A stretch of DNA of 64,000 nt, from positions 1-64,000 of the IMG/VR virus record IMGVR_UViG_3300031991_000008, one strand, 5' to 3'. Position numbers and translations under genes: made by a program. Origin of the DNA: a virus. The stretch's first letter is position 1. Every line of letters starts with the position of its first letter. Shown here piece after piece: positions 9,034-18,239 of this stretch. The notes under the pieces are model-generated. The model saw only the letters and a program-made list of their open reading frames with translations, ran no database searches and was not told the origin of the DNA.

Positions 9034-9864
9034 TCAATCGCAGCCACGACCGACTTGCGATACGCCGCTGTTTGCGTCGCCCTTTGGAAACTCAACGAAC
9101 GACTCCCAATGCCGCCAAGCCTTCGGGCACCAAAAGCCCCAGGCCCGTTGCTTCGGTCCCGTGATGAACAGCGTCCACACAGGTTCTTCACCCGCGAGAG
9201 GCACCGGCCGCTTCATCATCATCGGCTTGCGCTTGTGCAGTTGTACGCGGTGCGCCCGCTCGGCGTGACGAAATGCGAAGTGACCTTCCTTGCGAGGAAT
9301 GCGCTTCGTCGGCGGCACGTTGTATTCGTAGCCTTCGACGACGCCCTTGGGATCAGTCTCGAACACGACTTCATCGTAGTCACCTTCGAGCAGCCACGAC
9401 ATGTTCGCCCACGGGTGATCGTGCAGCGCGCGGTCGTCGTCGCTCCGCAGAAAATGGTGGAAGTAGATGTTGATCGTCGTCGCATCGACGAACTTCTTCA
9501 CGGCGCCTTGCACCGCGAGTGGCAGACCGAGGCGTTGCGACAGCCGCTTGAGAAACCCGAACGGCCATTCGTTGCGCGGCACGACGTGCCAGCGATGGAG
9601 ATACGGGTTTTCCAGCGAGCCGATCACAACGTCCGGCGCCATGAGCGGGTCTGCCTGCGTCGCCTGCCAATAGATGTGCGGGGTGTTGTCGGCCTCGTAG
9701 CGAGCCCACAGTTCCGCGATCTCTTGGTACTCGGAGAAATCAGCCCCCGCGTAATGGGTCGCGCCGCGAGCGTCCACGCTGCGGGCGGGCGGCGCAGCCT
9801 TGACGAGCCGGGCGTGGCGTCGGCGGACTTCGGCCTTCAAAAGCGCCAGAACAAACTTGTGCAT
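9034..9864 (-). CDS. hypothetical protein (276 aa)
   Basis: Long ORF with GC3 bias. It contains histidine clusters (FHHFLRSDDD...HDHPW). No family recognised. Confidence 0.45.
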   Translation of the reverse strand: MHKFVLALLKAEVRRRHARLVKAAPPARSVDARGATHYAGADFSEYQEIAELWARYEADNTPHIYWQATQADPLMAPDVVIGSLENPYLHRWHVVPRNEWPFGFLKRLSQRLGLPLAVQGAVKKFVDATTINIYFHHFLRSDDDRALHDHPWANMSWLLEGDYDEVVFETDPKGVVEGYEYNVPPTKRIPRKEGHFAFRHAERAHRVQLHKRKPMMMKRPVPLAGEEPVWTLFITGPKQRAWGFWCPKAWRHWESFVEFPKGDANSGVSQVGRGCD

Positions 9865-9996
9865 GGAATATTCTCTCCTGCTACACGAAAACGCTCTAGG
9901 ATGCCCGTACAGAGGCGGCGCAGTCCGCCTTCACACGGCGTCGGCTATGGTCTCCGAGGGGGCTAGCCGTCCAGCCCTGCGCGACGTTCCTGCGAT

Positions 9997-10689
9997 TCAA
10001 AAAATATCCTCCAACGGACGGCGCGGCTTGCGGCCGTCAGCCGAGGGGTCTTGACCGAACAGCCCGGTTTGGTCGCCCCACTCGGTCCAGCCGGGCCTTG
10101 GGGCAGATCGGGAGAAGAGTTCGAGGTAGGGACCGGCCGCAAGGCGCTCGATCCGCTCGTAGGCTTCGTCAGGCTTGCGGCTGTGCTCGCGGACGGGCGC
10201 GTCGATGATCTCGCGCACGCCCGCGTCAACGCGCTTGGGCGAGCCACGGGTGAACAGCAGGCAGCGCTCGCTCTCGCCCCGGAACCAATAACCCATTCCG
10301 ATCTTGGTCTTCGAGCCGTCCTTCACGAGCTTGCGCCACGTCAGGCCGCGCGTCTTGTAGGTGAACCCCCACGCCTTGCCGAGCGCCAATGCCTGTTCGA
10401 GATGGGAGTCGATGATCCACATGATGAGCACGCAATCGTCGGCCGCGACCGCAGCGACTTCGAGCGACATGAGATCGTCGAGCGACATCGTTTCGTAGGG
10501 CTGCTCGCCGCGCGCAGGCACAGCGTGGTTCTCGCCCTTCGCAGCACGAGTGACGAACTGCCACGGCGGGTCAGCGTAGATCACACCAAACCGCTTGGGC
10601 GCCGAACGAGGAAGACGGATTTTCATGCGCGGCTCCACTCGTGGCGGAACGCCGCGACGAAGCTCTCGCCCCGAAGGTAGCGCGCCCAA
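9997..10689 (-). CDS. MT-A70-family DNA N6-adenine methyltransferase
   Basis: GVIYADPPWQF (DPPW catalytic motif), 230 aa, typical phage MT-A70 architecture. Confidence 0.7.
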   Translation of the reverse strand: MGALPSGRELRRGVPPRVEPRMKIRLPRSAPKRFGVIYADPPWQFVTRAAKGENHAVPARGEQPYETMSLDDLMSLEVAAVAADDCVLIMWIIDSHLEQALALGKAWGFTYKTRGLTWRKLVKDGSKTKIGMGYWFRGESERCLLFTRGSPKRVDAGVREIIDAPVREHSRKPDEAYERIERLAAGPYLELFSRSAPRPGWTEWGDQTGLFGQDPSADGRKPRRPLEDIF

Positions 10690-10714
10690 GCCCGCTCGAT
10701 GCAGAGTTCGTGCT

Positions 10715-11011
10715 TCATTGCGTATCCTTGAACAACACTCGATACAGCAGCGACGCCGACAGCGCGCCCGTGCCGGAACCGAAGCCGACAGTGAGAACGA
10801 TGGGGAGCGTGTAGCCGTGCTGCGCGAGGTTCACGATCACGTAGCACTCGACGACCGCGATCAACATGCTCGTGGGCACGATCCAAACGTATTGCTTGAA
10901 CACGCTGTTCAACGTCTGCATCACCTTGAGGAAGATGAAGCCGAAGCTGGCGAGGTATGTGAGTACGAAGAAAATCCAATTCTCGTTCACGGCTTCCACG
11001 TTCCTTGCCAC
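10715..11011 (-). CDS. holin-like membrane protein (3 TMDs, 98 aa)
   Basis: Three hydrophobic helices and a charged C-terminus, immediately downstream of the endolysin gene. Confidence 0.45.
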   Translation of the reverse strand: MARNVEAVNENWIFFVLTYLASFGFIFLKVMQTLNSVFKQYVWIVPTSMLIAVVECYVIVNLAQHGYTLPIVLTVGFGSGTGALSASLLYRVLFKDTQ

Positions 11012-11445
11012 ATCGCGATCTCGTCGGCGCGGCGATTGACGAGCCCACCGAGCTTCTTGCCGCCCGCGTATACGAACCGCATGAACTCACCGGGGACTCG
11101 CGAGAGATCGCCGTCGAGAAGGTAGCGTGCGATCTGCCACTTGTTCGACCAACCGACGTTGTAGGCGAACGAGATCATCGCGGCGTATTGGTTCTCGGTC
11201 AGCGAGTCCATTGGCGTTGCGACGCCGCGATACAACTTCTCGCGCGCGTCTTCGAGATCGGCGCGCAGCAGGTCTTCCGCGTACATGCGCGTGATGGTGC
11301 GGCCGTTCTTCACGTCGTCGGCCGTGACCGTCTTCGTGTGACCGAAGCCAATGGTCGGAACGCCAGCGGCACAGAGGTACGCCTTCTCGCGAAAGCCCTC
11401 CCACTTCGCGACGATCAGTACGGCTAGGTGTGGGATCGCCCTCAT
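10987..11445 (-). CDS. endolysin, GH24 (lambda R / T4 e-type) lysozyme
   Basis: ...WEGFREKAYLCAAGVPTIGFGHT... is the canonical GH24 catalytic N-terminus (E-x8-D/C-x5-T). Start taken at MRAIPHL with an ATGA overlap. The upstream part of the ORF looks non-coding. Confidence 0.75.
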   Translation of the reverse strand: MRAIPHLAVLIVAKWEGFREKAYLCAAGVPTIGFGHTKTVTADDVKNGRTITRMYAEDLLRADLEDAREKLYRGVATPMDSLTENQYAAMISFAYNVGWSNKWQIARYLLDGDLSRVPGEFMRFVYAGGKKLGGLVNRRADEIAMWQGTWKP

Positions 11446-11618
11446 GCTGGCCGCCCGTCCTTCATGTCGGAGCGCACGAAATACAGCGGCTCCATGTCTT
11501 CGGTGCCGGGCACGACTTCGACGACGGTGCGAACCGTCTTCTTGAACTTGTCGTGCCAATAGCGCTCGATGCGCTTCGCCAACTCGGCGGCGCCCGCGCG
11601 GCTCATGTGATCCTTCAT
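11442..11618 (-). CDS. small hypothetical protein (58 aa)
   Basis: Start taken at the internal MKDHMSRAG...; stop overlaps the endolysin ATG. Confidence 0.3.
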   Translation of the reverse strand: MKDHMSRAGAAELAKRIERYWHDKFKKTVRTVVEVVPGTEDMEPLYFVRSDMKDGRPA

Positions 11619-12015
11619 TGGTCTTCCTTCTTCTTCATCGGAGTCGGATCGGCCTGCTCGATCTCGGGCATGATCTCTCGGATCGAAACGATCTCGCAAC
11701 AGATCACACCACCGTAGCCGGGCTTGCTCCACTTCTTCGCGGAGATGAGTTCTTGCACCATCCCACACAGGTATTGATCGCCGCCCGGAAACAGCGATCC
11801 CGTGTTCTTCGAGATGCCGCCCTTGTGCAGCAGACGGATTTGGAAACGATGCGCGATCCCGTACTCGCCTTCGCCACTCTCGGTGATAACCTCGAACGTG
11901 CGGCCTTCGACGGCGACGCGCGGATCGAGCGTGCGAACAGGACGACGCTTGCGCTTCTTCGGCGCGGTCTTCTTCGCGTTGCCGCGCCCGCCTTGGATCA
12001 CCTTTAGCTTCGCCA
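11615..12015 (-). CDS. hypothetical protein (133 aa)
   Basis: Start MAKLKVIQGG overlaps the upstream stop (TAATG). Basic N-terminus with a KKRKRRP stretch. Confidence 0.45.
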
Positions 12016-12291
12016 TTAGATCATCCCCAACGCGACACGATAGAGATCGGCCACGTCCTGTTCCTTTTCCCACTTGGTCGGGTCCTTCTTCTTCGCCTTG
12101 CGCTCGGCAACGAGCTTGCGCACGACCTTGGAGTCGAACCCTTCCGCCTTGAGAATCTTGTAGGTGTCCGCGATGTAGTCGGCGATAGCCTGCTTCTCAT
12201 CGGTCAACTTCTCGATGTATGCGACACACCGCGTGAGCAGCGTCTTCGCATCCTTGTCGAGCTTCGAGTTGTCGGTGCGATGCTCGGCCAT
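12016..12291 (-). CDS. GapR-like (DUF2312/UPF0335) nucleoid-associated protein
   Basis: ...AEGFDSKVVRKLVAERKAKKKDPTKWEKEQDVADLYRVALGMI matches the GapR C-terminal signature (GFDxKxLRxxxxxRKKDxxxxxEExxxLDLYxxALGM). The family is typical of alphaproteobacteria and their phages. Confidence 0.6.
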   Translation of the reverse strand: MAEHRTDNSKLDKDAKTLLTRCVAYIEKLTDEKQAIADYIADTYKILKAEGFDSKVVRKLVAERKAKKKDPTKWEKEQDVADLYRVALGMI

Positions 12292-12292
12292 C

Positions 12293-14143
12293 TTACGCGC
12301 CCGGCCGTGCGGCCCACGGGCGCGCCTTCCAGAACAAGATCACTTGGCGCTTGCCATTCGGATACGTCACGACGTGCGCGTGAGCCCACGATGACGGGCC
12401 GGTGTTGTAGCCCTGCCGCAGCTTGCCGGTGACGCCCGCGACATACGTGCCGCCCCAAATACCCGGCGAGTGGCCGTGACCGATGACGTTCTTGCGGCCG
12501 AGCTTCGAGAGATTGCGCGGCGATCCGCGCGCACCGTTCGGGCCGATGTCGCCGTGCAACGCGAGTTCGACACCGCCACCGGCGCCTTCGCAAACGACGA
12601 GCGACAGCTTGTCCGGGTCTTCACTGCGGAGGTTCATCACCTTCGCTTCGGTTGCGACGCCTAGCTTTTGCCAGACCCATTCGAGCAGCGTGAATTCGTC
12701 TTCGCGCCCTTCGTCGATGGCGTCCATGATCGCGAGGTTCGCTTCGCAGATCAGACGCGCGTTCGGCATGTCGGAGTACGGGTCGCGCACTTCCTTGAGA
12801 TAGCGGTCGAAGTGACGGTCGTGATTGCTGTCGATGACGTAGCACGTCGAGCCCGCGTAGGCTTCCTGCGCGAAGTCAAGGAACTCACCGGCCTCGCGCA
12901 CTTCATCCAGCACGTTGTCACGGCCGCGCTTGTATAGCGCGTACATGACGTGCGGGTCCTTGCGGTTGTGGTGGCTGCGGCTCTCGAAGTCGAGCAGATC
13001 GTGGAAGACCTGCTTCTGCGGCGCCAGCACTTCAACGAGACCGCCCTTGCCCCACGTCGCTTCCATGATCTCGGGTGCGATGTTGCGGCGGTGGATGTCA
13101 CCGAAAGAAACGGCGGCCGACTCTTCGTCGTTGACGAACACGCCGTCCGGCGTCGAGTAAACGTCGATGTCGTAGATCGTGCCGTCGCTGTCGGCGTTGA
13201 GTTGGCGCGGCCACCAATTGCCATCGGCGTCCACTTCAACGAGCAGAGCGCCGAAGCAATGGTAGAACTCGGCGGTGATGCCTGCGTCGCGCTGGATGTA
13301 ATTGCGCAGCGTGACGGCGCCGGTGGTAAAGTTGAACTTCGTGCCGTCGCCCTGCGTCGTGGCGACAGGACGCATCTCAACGCGCGTGTGCGGGAAGACG
13401 CCGCTGTTGCGGCCGTTCAAGTTTTCCTTGCTGCGCAGAGGGTCAGACGAAGTGGGGCGGGTATTGTAATGGCCGCACCAAACGAGGCCGGGCGCAAGCT
13501 GCTCGAAATCGTCCGAGATGAAAGGAACAACGCGAGGATCATACCAACGATCCTCGATCTTCCAGCCCATCGAGTCCTTCTTTTCTCGTCCACGCTTCTC
13601 GCTCCCGTCCTGCGACCCGATGTAAGTGAAAGTCGAAATCTTGATGTCGGCGCCGTAATAGTTCGACAGGTTGATGAGCGACGCCCAGGTCGGCTCGTGC
13701 AACTGCGTGTTGTTCTGCGCGCACGTCAGCAGGTAGCGGCGCACTTCGCCCTTCTTCGGCAGCGCCAGCTTCTTCGCGGACATCGCGTGCGTGCTGCCGA
13801 GGTTCTTCTTGGTGTAACCGAACTTCGTCATCGCCTTGCGAATGCGATCATCCATCGCGTTGCGGCGCAGGCCCACAGCGTCGGCCGCTTCGGTGAGGTT
13901 GTAGCCATAGCGCTCGTAGACGTTCCACGCAGCGTGAAGCTCGGCGTCAGGAATCGTGTTCGACTGCACGACATCCTTCGGGTCGATGTTCGGCGGCACC
14001 TTCATCTTCTTGTCGGCGGCTTCTTCGAGGCGGCGCCGAAGCGTCGTCTCTGCCATGTTCAATGCCTTCGCCGCAGCCGGGCGCGAGCCCTTCGCCTTCT
14101 TCACAGCGTTGATGATCTTTTCGAGTTCGCGCTTGGCAGTCAT
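12293..14143 (-). CDS. large regulatory/enzymatic protein: N-terminal HTH plus calcineurin-like metallophosphoesterase motifs (616 aa)
   Basis: N-terminal ...AAKALNMAETTLRRRLEE HTH. Metallophosphatase-like motifs follow: GDIH..., DSNHD, GHGH. Confidence 0.45.
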   Translation of the reverse strand: MTAKRELEKIINAVKKAKGSRPAAAKALNMAETTLRRRLEEAADKKMKVPPNIDPKDVVQSNTIPDAELHAAWNVYERYGYNLTEAADAVGLRRNAMDDRIRKAMTKFGYTKKNLGSTHAMSAKKLALPKKGEVRRYLLTCAQNNTQLHEPTWASLINLSNYYGADIKISTFTYIGSQDGSEKRGREKKDSMGWKIEDRWYDPRVVPFISDDFEQLAPGLVWCGHYNTRPTSSDPLRSKENLNGRNSGVFPHTRVEMRPVATTQGDGTKFNFTTGAVTLRNYIQRDAGITAEFYHCFGALLVEVDADGNWWPRQLNADSDGTIYDIDVYSTPDGVFVNDEESAAVSFGDIHRRNIAPEIMEATWGKGGLVEVLAPQKQVFHDLLDFESRSHHNRKDPHVMYALYKRGRDNVLDEVREAGEFLDFAQEAYAGSTCYVIDSNHDRHFDRYLKEVRDPYSDMPNARLICEANLAIMDAIDEGREDEFTLLEWVWQKLGVATEAKVMNLRSEDPDKLSLVVCEGAGGGVELALHGDIGPNGARGSPRNLSKLGRKNVIGHGHSPGIWGGTYVAGVTGKLRQGYNTGPSSWAHAHVVTYPNGKRQVILFWKARPWAARPGA

Positions 14144-14155
14144 GGTGGTTTCTCC

Positions 14156-15022
14156 TTAGCCGCAGGGGCCGTGATCGACGTTGGTGAAGGGTGCCTTGCG
14201 AACTTCGGCCGGATACTTTTCCAGCAGAGCCTTCGCCATGCGATTGAGACGTGCGAGCCAACCGGCGTCCTTGACCTTCGGCGGACGGTCGTCGCTCCAC
14301 ATGTCCTGCATCATGGCGTCGCGGAGAACGACCGCGCTAGCGATGAGCTTGGTGATGTGGTGCAAACGCATTTCGGGATCGTCGCTCGTCTCGGGATCAA
14401 GGTCTTCGCCCTCCCACCACGAGTCGAGATGGCGCTTCATCGCGTCGTAGTAGACGCTCGCGCGCACACCGGCCTTGCGATAATTGTGGCGGCCGTACTT
14501 GAGAGAGCCTTCGAGCATCGCGAGACCGACTTCCCACAACACCGGCTGCGGAACGGTGGACATGTAAGCCTTGCCGACACCAACGGCGTCCTTTGGATTG
14601 CTGTCCTTTGCGGAGGCGCCAACCATTCCACTGCGTTCCATGAACGACGGTTCGCGCGGCGTGAGTTGATGGCCGATGGTTGCAGAGTACGAGGGATCAA
14701 CTTGCACAGCGTCGGGCAATCCGCTCGGATCGCGCAACGGCGGCGAAACGAAATCGTCGCCAGCGCCGCCGCCTTCTTCGACTTCGGCCGAAGGGTCATC
14801 GACAGCGAACAATTGTTCCTTCCACAGCTTGAAGGAAGCGCCCGAATCGTCCACGACGAACAGCTTGTTTTGGCCGCCTGGATCACATGGGTCATCCTTG
14901 ACCGTGCCCTGCACCTTGCCTTCGTGCCAATAGTCTTGCGCCGTCGCGTCTGCGGTGGTCGCCAACCACTTCACGCGCTGTCCGTATGCGAACGGTAGAA
15001 ACTTGTCGCCCTTGCTGCTCAT
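14156..15022 (-). CDS. hypothetical protein (start at MSSKGDKF; about 289 aa)
   Basis: GC3-biased ORF. The C-terminal half (KYGRHNYRKAG...YYDAMKRHLDSWWEGEDLDPE) is weakly reminiscent of phage nucleotide pyrophosphohydrolase-associated domains. Not assigned. Confidence 0.4.
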   Translation of the reverse strand: MSSKGDKFLPFAYGQRVKWLATTADATAQDYWHEGKVQGTVKDDPCDPGGQNKLFVVDDSGASFKLWKEQLFAVDDPSAEVEEGGGAGDDFVSPPLRDPSGLPDAVQVDPSYSATIGHQLTPREPSFMERSGMVGASAKDSNPKDAVGVGKAYMSTVPQPVLWEVGLAMLEGSLKYGRHNYRKAGVRASVYYDAMKRHLDSWWEGEDLDPETSDDPEMRLHHITKLIASAVVLRDAMMQDMWSDDRPPKVKDAGWLARLNRMAKALLEKYPAEVRKAPFTNVDHGPCG

Positions 15023-15234
15023 AGGTCCCTCGTGTCTTCGATTAGTGCTTTGAATCGTTCGCCATCTTCCTCGGGGCACCACACAGCGAAGCGGCCCTTC
15101 TCGAACACGAACGCGCACGACTGTTGATCGCGCAGCGCGCGCTTCGCTAAACGCAGCGCGTGTGCTTCTTCGAGCGTGGTCGGATGGATGTAGGTGCCTG
15201 ATCCTTCACCGGGCTTGCGCGACATGCTCGACAT
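15019..15234 (-). CDS. small hypothetical protein
   Basis: Protein-like C-terminal portion of ORF 15019-15312; the start is uncertain. Confidence 0.3.
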   Translation of the reverse strand: MSSMSRKPGEGSGTYIHPTTLEEAHALRLAKRALRDQQSCAFVFEKGRFAVWCPEEDGERFKALIEDTRDL

Positions 15235-15529
15235 CCTCTTGCCAGCGGAAGAAATGGCACGGCCCAAACTTGGCGTGGACGAGGTATCGCCCGTTCTTCG
15301 CGCAGAAGTCAACGGCCACGACGTTGAACTCCTGCAATCCGGTACACATTCGCACGCGGTCGCCGATGTCGAAGCGTTGCTCGGGCAGATTCAGGCGCAC
15401 CACGACATCGCGGTACGGATCATCGGACACGACCGCGTTAGCTGGATCGTAGCCCATCGCCAGCACGGGCGACTTGCCGATGCGGCGGTTAGTGGACGCG
15501 CGCATGGCGGGCCTCGTAGTTCTTGGCAA
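15206..15529 (-). CDS. hypothetical protein
   Basis: ORF with coding-like composition; the start is uncertain. Confidence 0.35.
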   Translation of the reverse strand: MPRTTRPAMRASTNRRIGKSPVLAMGYDPANAVVSDDPYRDVVVRLNLPEQRFDIGDRVRMCTGLQEFNVVAVDFCAKNGRYLVHAKFGPCHFFRWQEDVEHVAQAR

Positions 15530-15704
15530 GCTGCGTCATGCGTTGCGCGAAGTCCCAGCCCTTCTTCTGCGCGCGTTCCCAATTAGGCGGCGTGTAGAGA
15601 TCGACATCCGGGCGCGGACGGCCGCGATAGAAGTCGTTGGCGCCTCGGATGTATTCGATGAACTCGTCCACATCCGAGGGAATGTAGAAGCTCTTAGCGG
15701 TCAT
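15489..15704 (-). CDS. hypothetical protein (71 aa)
   Basis: ORF with GC3 bias in the operon context. Confidence 0.35.
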   Translation of the reverse strand: MTAKSFYIPSDVDEFIEYIRGANDFYRGRPRPDVDLYTPPNWERAQKKGWDFAQRMTQLAKNYEARHARVH

Positions 15705-16242
15705 CGCCCGAGCCCTTGAGCGTGCCGCGCTGCTTGCGGCCTTCGCGCTTCTTGATGTTGATGAGCGCGACTTCGGCGAGGTTCGATCCGAGTTCCTTCG
15801 CGATCATCACGACGTACCAAAGGATGTCGCCGAGTTCCTTGAGCAGCGCCATCCGTCGCTCTGCGTTGAGACCCTTGGCGCCTTGCGTGTACGGCGACCA
15901 CTCGTCGTCGCGGATCGCCTTGCCAACGTGCTCGGAGAATTCACCGGCCTCGCCGAACAACTTGAAGCAGATGTGCGCGAACCAATCTGCGGTGCCGTAT
16001 GACTTCGAGGCGACCGTCGTGTGGCAGCGCTGCTCGAAGAACTCAAGCGATAGAGGCTCACCACCTGCGTCGATCCGCGCGTAGAGATCGCCGAGGACTC
16101 GAACGCGCATGTCCTGCTCGGTGTCCACGATGTCGCGAAGGTGGCGCTTCTCCGCGAGAGCGTAGCCATAGTGGAAGCAGGCGACGCCCGCAGGTACGAG
16201 GAAGCACGCGGCGATGGCCGCGATGACTAGGAAGGTGAGCAT
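15694..16242 (-). CDS. MazG-like nucleotide pyrophosphohydrolase with N-terminal TMD
   Basis: ...ELGDILWYVVMIAKELGSNLAEVALINIKKREGR is the MazG EExxE/ELGDxLWY signature region. N-terminal hydrophobic helix. Confidence 0.6.
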   Translation of the reverse strand: MLTFLVIAAIAACFLVPAGVACFHYGYALAEKRHLRDIVDTEQDMRVRVLGDLYARIDAGGEPLSLEFFEQRCHTTVASKSYGTADWFAHICFKLFGEAGEFSEHVGKAIRDDEWSPYTQGAKGLNAERRMALLKELGDILWYVVMIAKELGSNLAEVALINIKKREGRKQRGTLKGSGDDR

Positions 16243-16251
16243 GTGATCTCC

Positions 16252-16752
16252 TTAAGCGGCCGTGGCGCCGAGTACGATTTCGAGGGGCATCTTGTCGTCC
16301 CACAACTGCATGAGTTGCTTGAGACGATCCCAACCGCACTCACGCATGGCGTTCGCACGGTCGTAGTGCTGCGCGCCACCGGGACGGCCGTAGTTGTCTT
16401 CGTGTTGACGGAGGCGCGCGTAGTACGCCGCGCACTCACGTTCGAGAATGACGCCTTCCTCTTGGCGGCGGAACATGAAAGCGCGATGTGCATTCTTACG
16501 CTCGCGCTCGGCCTGTGCGCGCGTCAGCGCGTCGAAATCTGCCTGCGGAATCTTCTCGCCTGCGAGGAAGCGGCGCTTCATGCGGCGCTTGTAGACTTGT
16601 TCCTCGCTGTTGAAACGCGGCGAGAGACGCGCTTGCGGCGGCTTGGGGTTCTGCGGATCGGTGCTCACGTTGTCGGGCGCACCGACCCTCGATAGCATCG
16701 ACATCGCCATCGCACCGATTGATGCGAGACCGAACATCCGTGAAGACCGCAT
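16252..16752 (-). CDS. secreted hypothetical protein (signal peptide)
   Basis: N-terminal MRSSRMFGLASIGAMAMSMLSRVGA signal-like segment. Confidence 0.4.
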   Translation of the reverse strand: MRSSRMFGLASIGAMAMSMLSRVGAPDNVSTDPQNPKPPQARLSPRFNSEEQVYKRRMKRRFLAGEKIPQADFDALTRAQAERERKNAHRAFMFRRQEEGVILERECAAYYARLRQHEDNYGRPGGAQHYDRANAMRECGWDRLKQLMQLWDDKMPLEIVLGATAA

Positions 16753-16753
16753 G

Positions 16754-16984
16754 TTATTCTCCGGGTGAAACGCGCAGCACCGAAGGGTCTACGCTGTAGT
16801 TCGACGGCTCATCGAGCCTGGGTTGATTGAAGGCGCTGCACGTCGCCATCCAGAAGGCGATGCAGAACAGCAGCCCGAGGGCGCATCCGAGGCGGCGCTG
16901 TCGATACCTGCGGCGTTGTTCGCGGGCGATCTGCTCGCGTACTTGGCCGAGGTTCACGACGTTCGATGCTCGGAGATCGCTCAT
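16754..16984 (-). CDS. small membrane protein (76 aa)
   Basis: One TMD (LGLLFCIAFWMATCSAF). Confidence 0.35.
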   Translation of the reverse strand: MSDLRASNVVNLGQVREQIAREQRRRYRQRRLGCALGLLFCIAFWMATCSAFNQPRLDEPSNYSVDPSVLRVSPGE

Positions 16985-17166
16985 GCAAAGCTCTCGTCGT
17001 TGCCGAGCCGAAGCATCAAGTCCGGCAGATGATCGGTGATGGCGCCGATCCCGAACCCGGCCATCGTCAGTGCGTCGATGATGGCGTCTTGGCGTTCGGG
17101 GCCAGCGCGCCCCCTGAATTGTGATACGGCCGATTCCATCTCGGCCAGTACGTCGTTTCGAGCCAT
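16981..17166 (-). CDS. small hypothetical protein (start at MARNDV with a GAGGGGAGAG RBS)
   Basis: Strong SD-like sequence upstream of the internal Met. The upstream part of the ORF overlaps a terminator hairpin. Confidence 0.35.
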   Translation of the reverse strand: MARNDVLAEMESAVSQFRGRAGPERQDAIIDALTMAGFGIGAITDHLPDLMLRLGNDESFA

Positions 17167-17218
17167 GTGCTCTCCCCTCGGATGGCGGGACAATACAGAC
17201 CGTCGTTGGGTCGTCAAC

Positions 17219-17254
17219 ATAAAAATACGGCCGGGCGTAAAGAAGCCCGGCCGT
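17219..17254 (-). terminator. rho-independent terminator (10-bp stem ACGGCCGGGC/GCCCGGCCGT plus ATTTTTAT on the minus strand)
   Basis: Perfect 10-bp GC stem, 8-nt loop, and a T-tract on the minus strand. It lies downstream of the C5-methyltransferase gene. Confidence 0.55.
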
Positions 17255-17386
17255 CAGTCAGTTCTCGGAGGAAACGGGTCAAGCCCGGATTACTTGAACT
17301 TGGTCATTGGTGCCTCCATCGGCTTCCCAAGCTGCTATGTCAGCGAGCGTCAGAACCCGAAGGCTACGACGCCGGACGCAATCTTG

Positions 17387-18076
17387 TCAACGGCGCCGCT
17401 TGATGTGACGGATCGCAGCGCGGCCGATGTGTTCTGCAAACGCTGGCGGGATCGCTTCGCTCAACTCCCCAAGCGTCATCCAATCAATCCCCATTGCGAT
17501 GCTCGCGATTTCCTTCTGCGAGTAGCCGGGGAAGTCAACGGTCTTCCGGCCGCCCCACTCCTTCGAGCGATTGCGTGCGTGACCGCCGTAGACACCGACG
17601 ACCGGCAGCTTGTCGGTGTAACGATCACGCGGCGGGATGATCTCGAAGTTCGACTCGAACAACCGTTCGCGCGACAACTGAAACCAAGTGCCGCCGACAT
17701 CGCAGCCGAGATCGAACATCGTGCCACAGAGCTCCACGGGATCGCGTAGATGTTCCTCGGCACCCATCACGTTCTCGATCACGTATGGCAGGCCCGTCGC
17801 CTTGCACAGCTTGCGCGCGTCAGGGATGAGGTTGATGTGCTTTGACTTGTCGTTGTTGAGTTCGGTCGCGAACTGACACGGCGGCGAGACCCACACGAAA
17901 TCGAAGTTGCGCTTGATCCACGGGATCGAGAGCGAGCGCAGATCGCACTCGACCATGTAGTAGGGGTATCGCTTGAAGCGTTTGATGTCACAACCTGTGA
18001 CCGCAAAGCCCGCGCGTTCGAGCCCGCGCGAGACGCCGCCCGCGGCGGAGCAGATGTCGAGCCCGCGCAGCTTCAC
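17387..18076 (-). CDS. DNA (cytosine-5)-methyltransferase (small, 229 aa)
   Basis: Motif I LDICSAAGG, motif IV SPPCQF and the ENV motif (VIENV) of m5C methyltransferases. Confidence 0.65.
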   Translation of the reverse strand: MKLRGLDICSAAGGVSRGLERAGFAVTGCDIKRFKRYPYYMVECDLRSLSIPWIKRNFDFVWVSPPCQFATELNNDKSKHINLIPDARKLCKATGLPYVIENVMGAEEHLRDPVELCGTMFDLGCDVGGTWFQLSRERLFESNFEIIPPRDRYTDKLPVVGVYGGHARNRSKEWGGRKTVDFPGYSQKEIASIAMGIDWMTLGELSEAIPPAFAEHIGRAAIRHIKRRR

Positions 18077-18239
18077 GTCTTGTCCTTGATTGCATCTTGC
18101 AATTTGCGAAGGCTCTCGTCATCGAGCCACCGACGCAGGCGCAGATAGTATTGGCCCATGCGCTCGCCGTGGCGCGGCTGCGGTGCGCCGCTCTCGGGCG
18201 GGTGGCCTTCGATTGCCTTCTGGCGCCAACTCTTTGCCA
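18073..18239 (-). CDS. small hypothetical protein (MAKSWRQK..., 55 aa)
   Basis: Start overlaps the stop of 18240-18599 (TAATG). It is the C-terminal portion of the long 18073-19020 ORF. Confidence 0.35.

Noticed and set aside
9034-9864. Considered a 2OG-Fe(II) oxygenase/AlkB-like assignment for the 276-aa protein because of HHF...DDD...HDH clusters
   Set aside because: The spacing of His/Asp residues does not match the HxD...H facial triad with confidence. Left as hypothetical.
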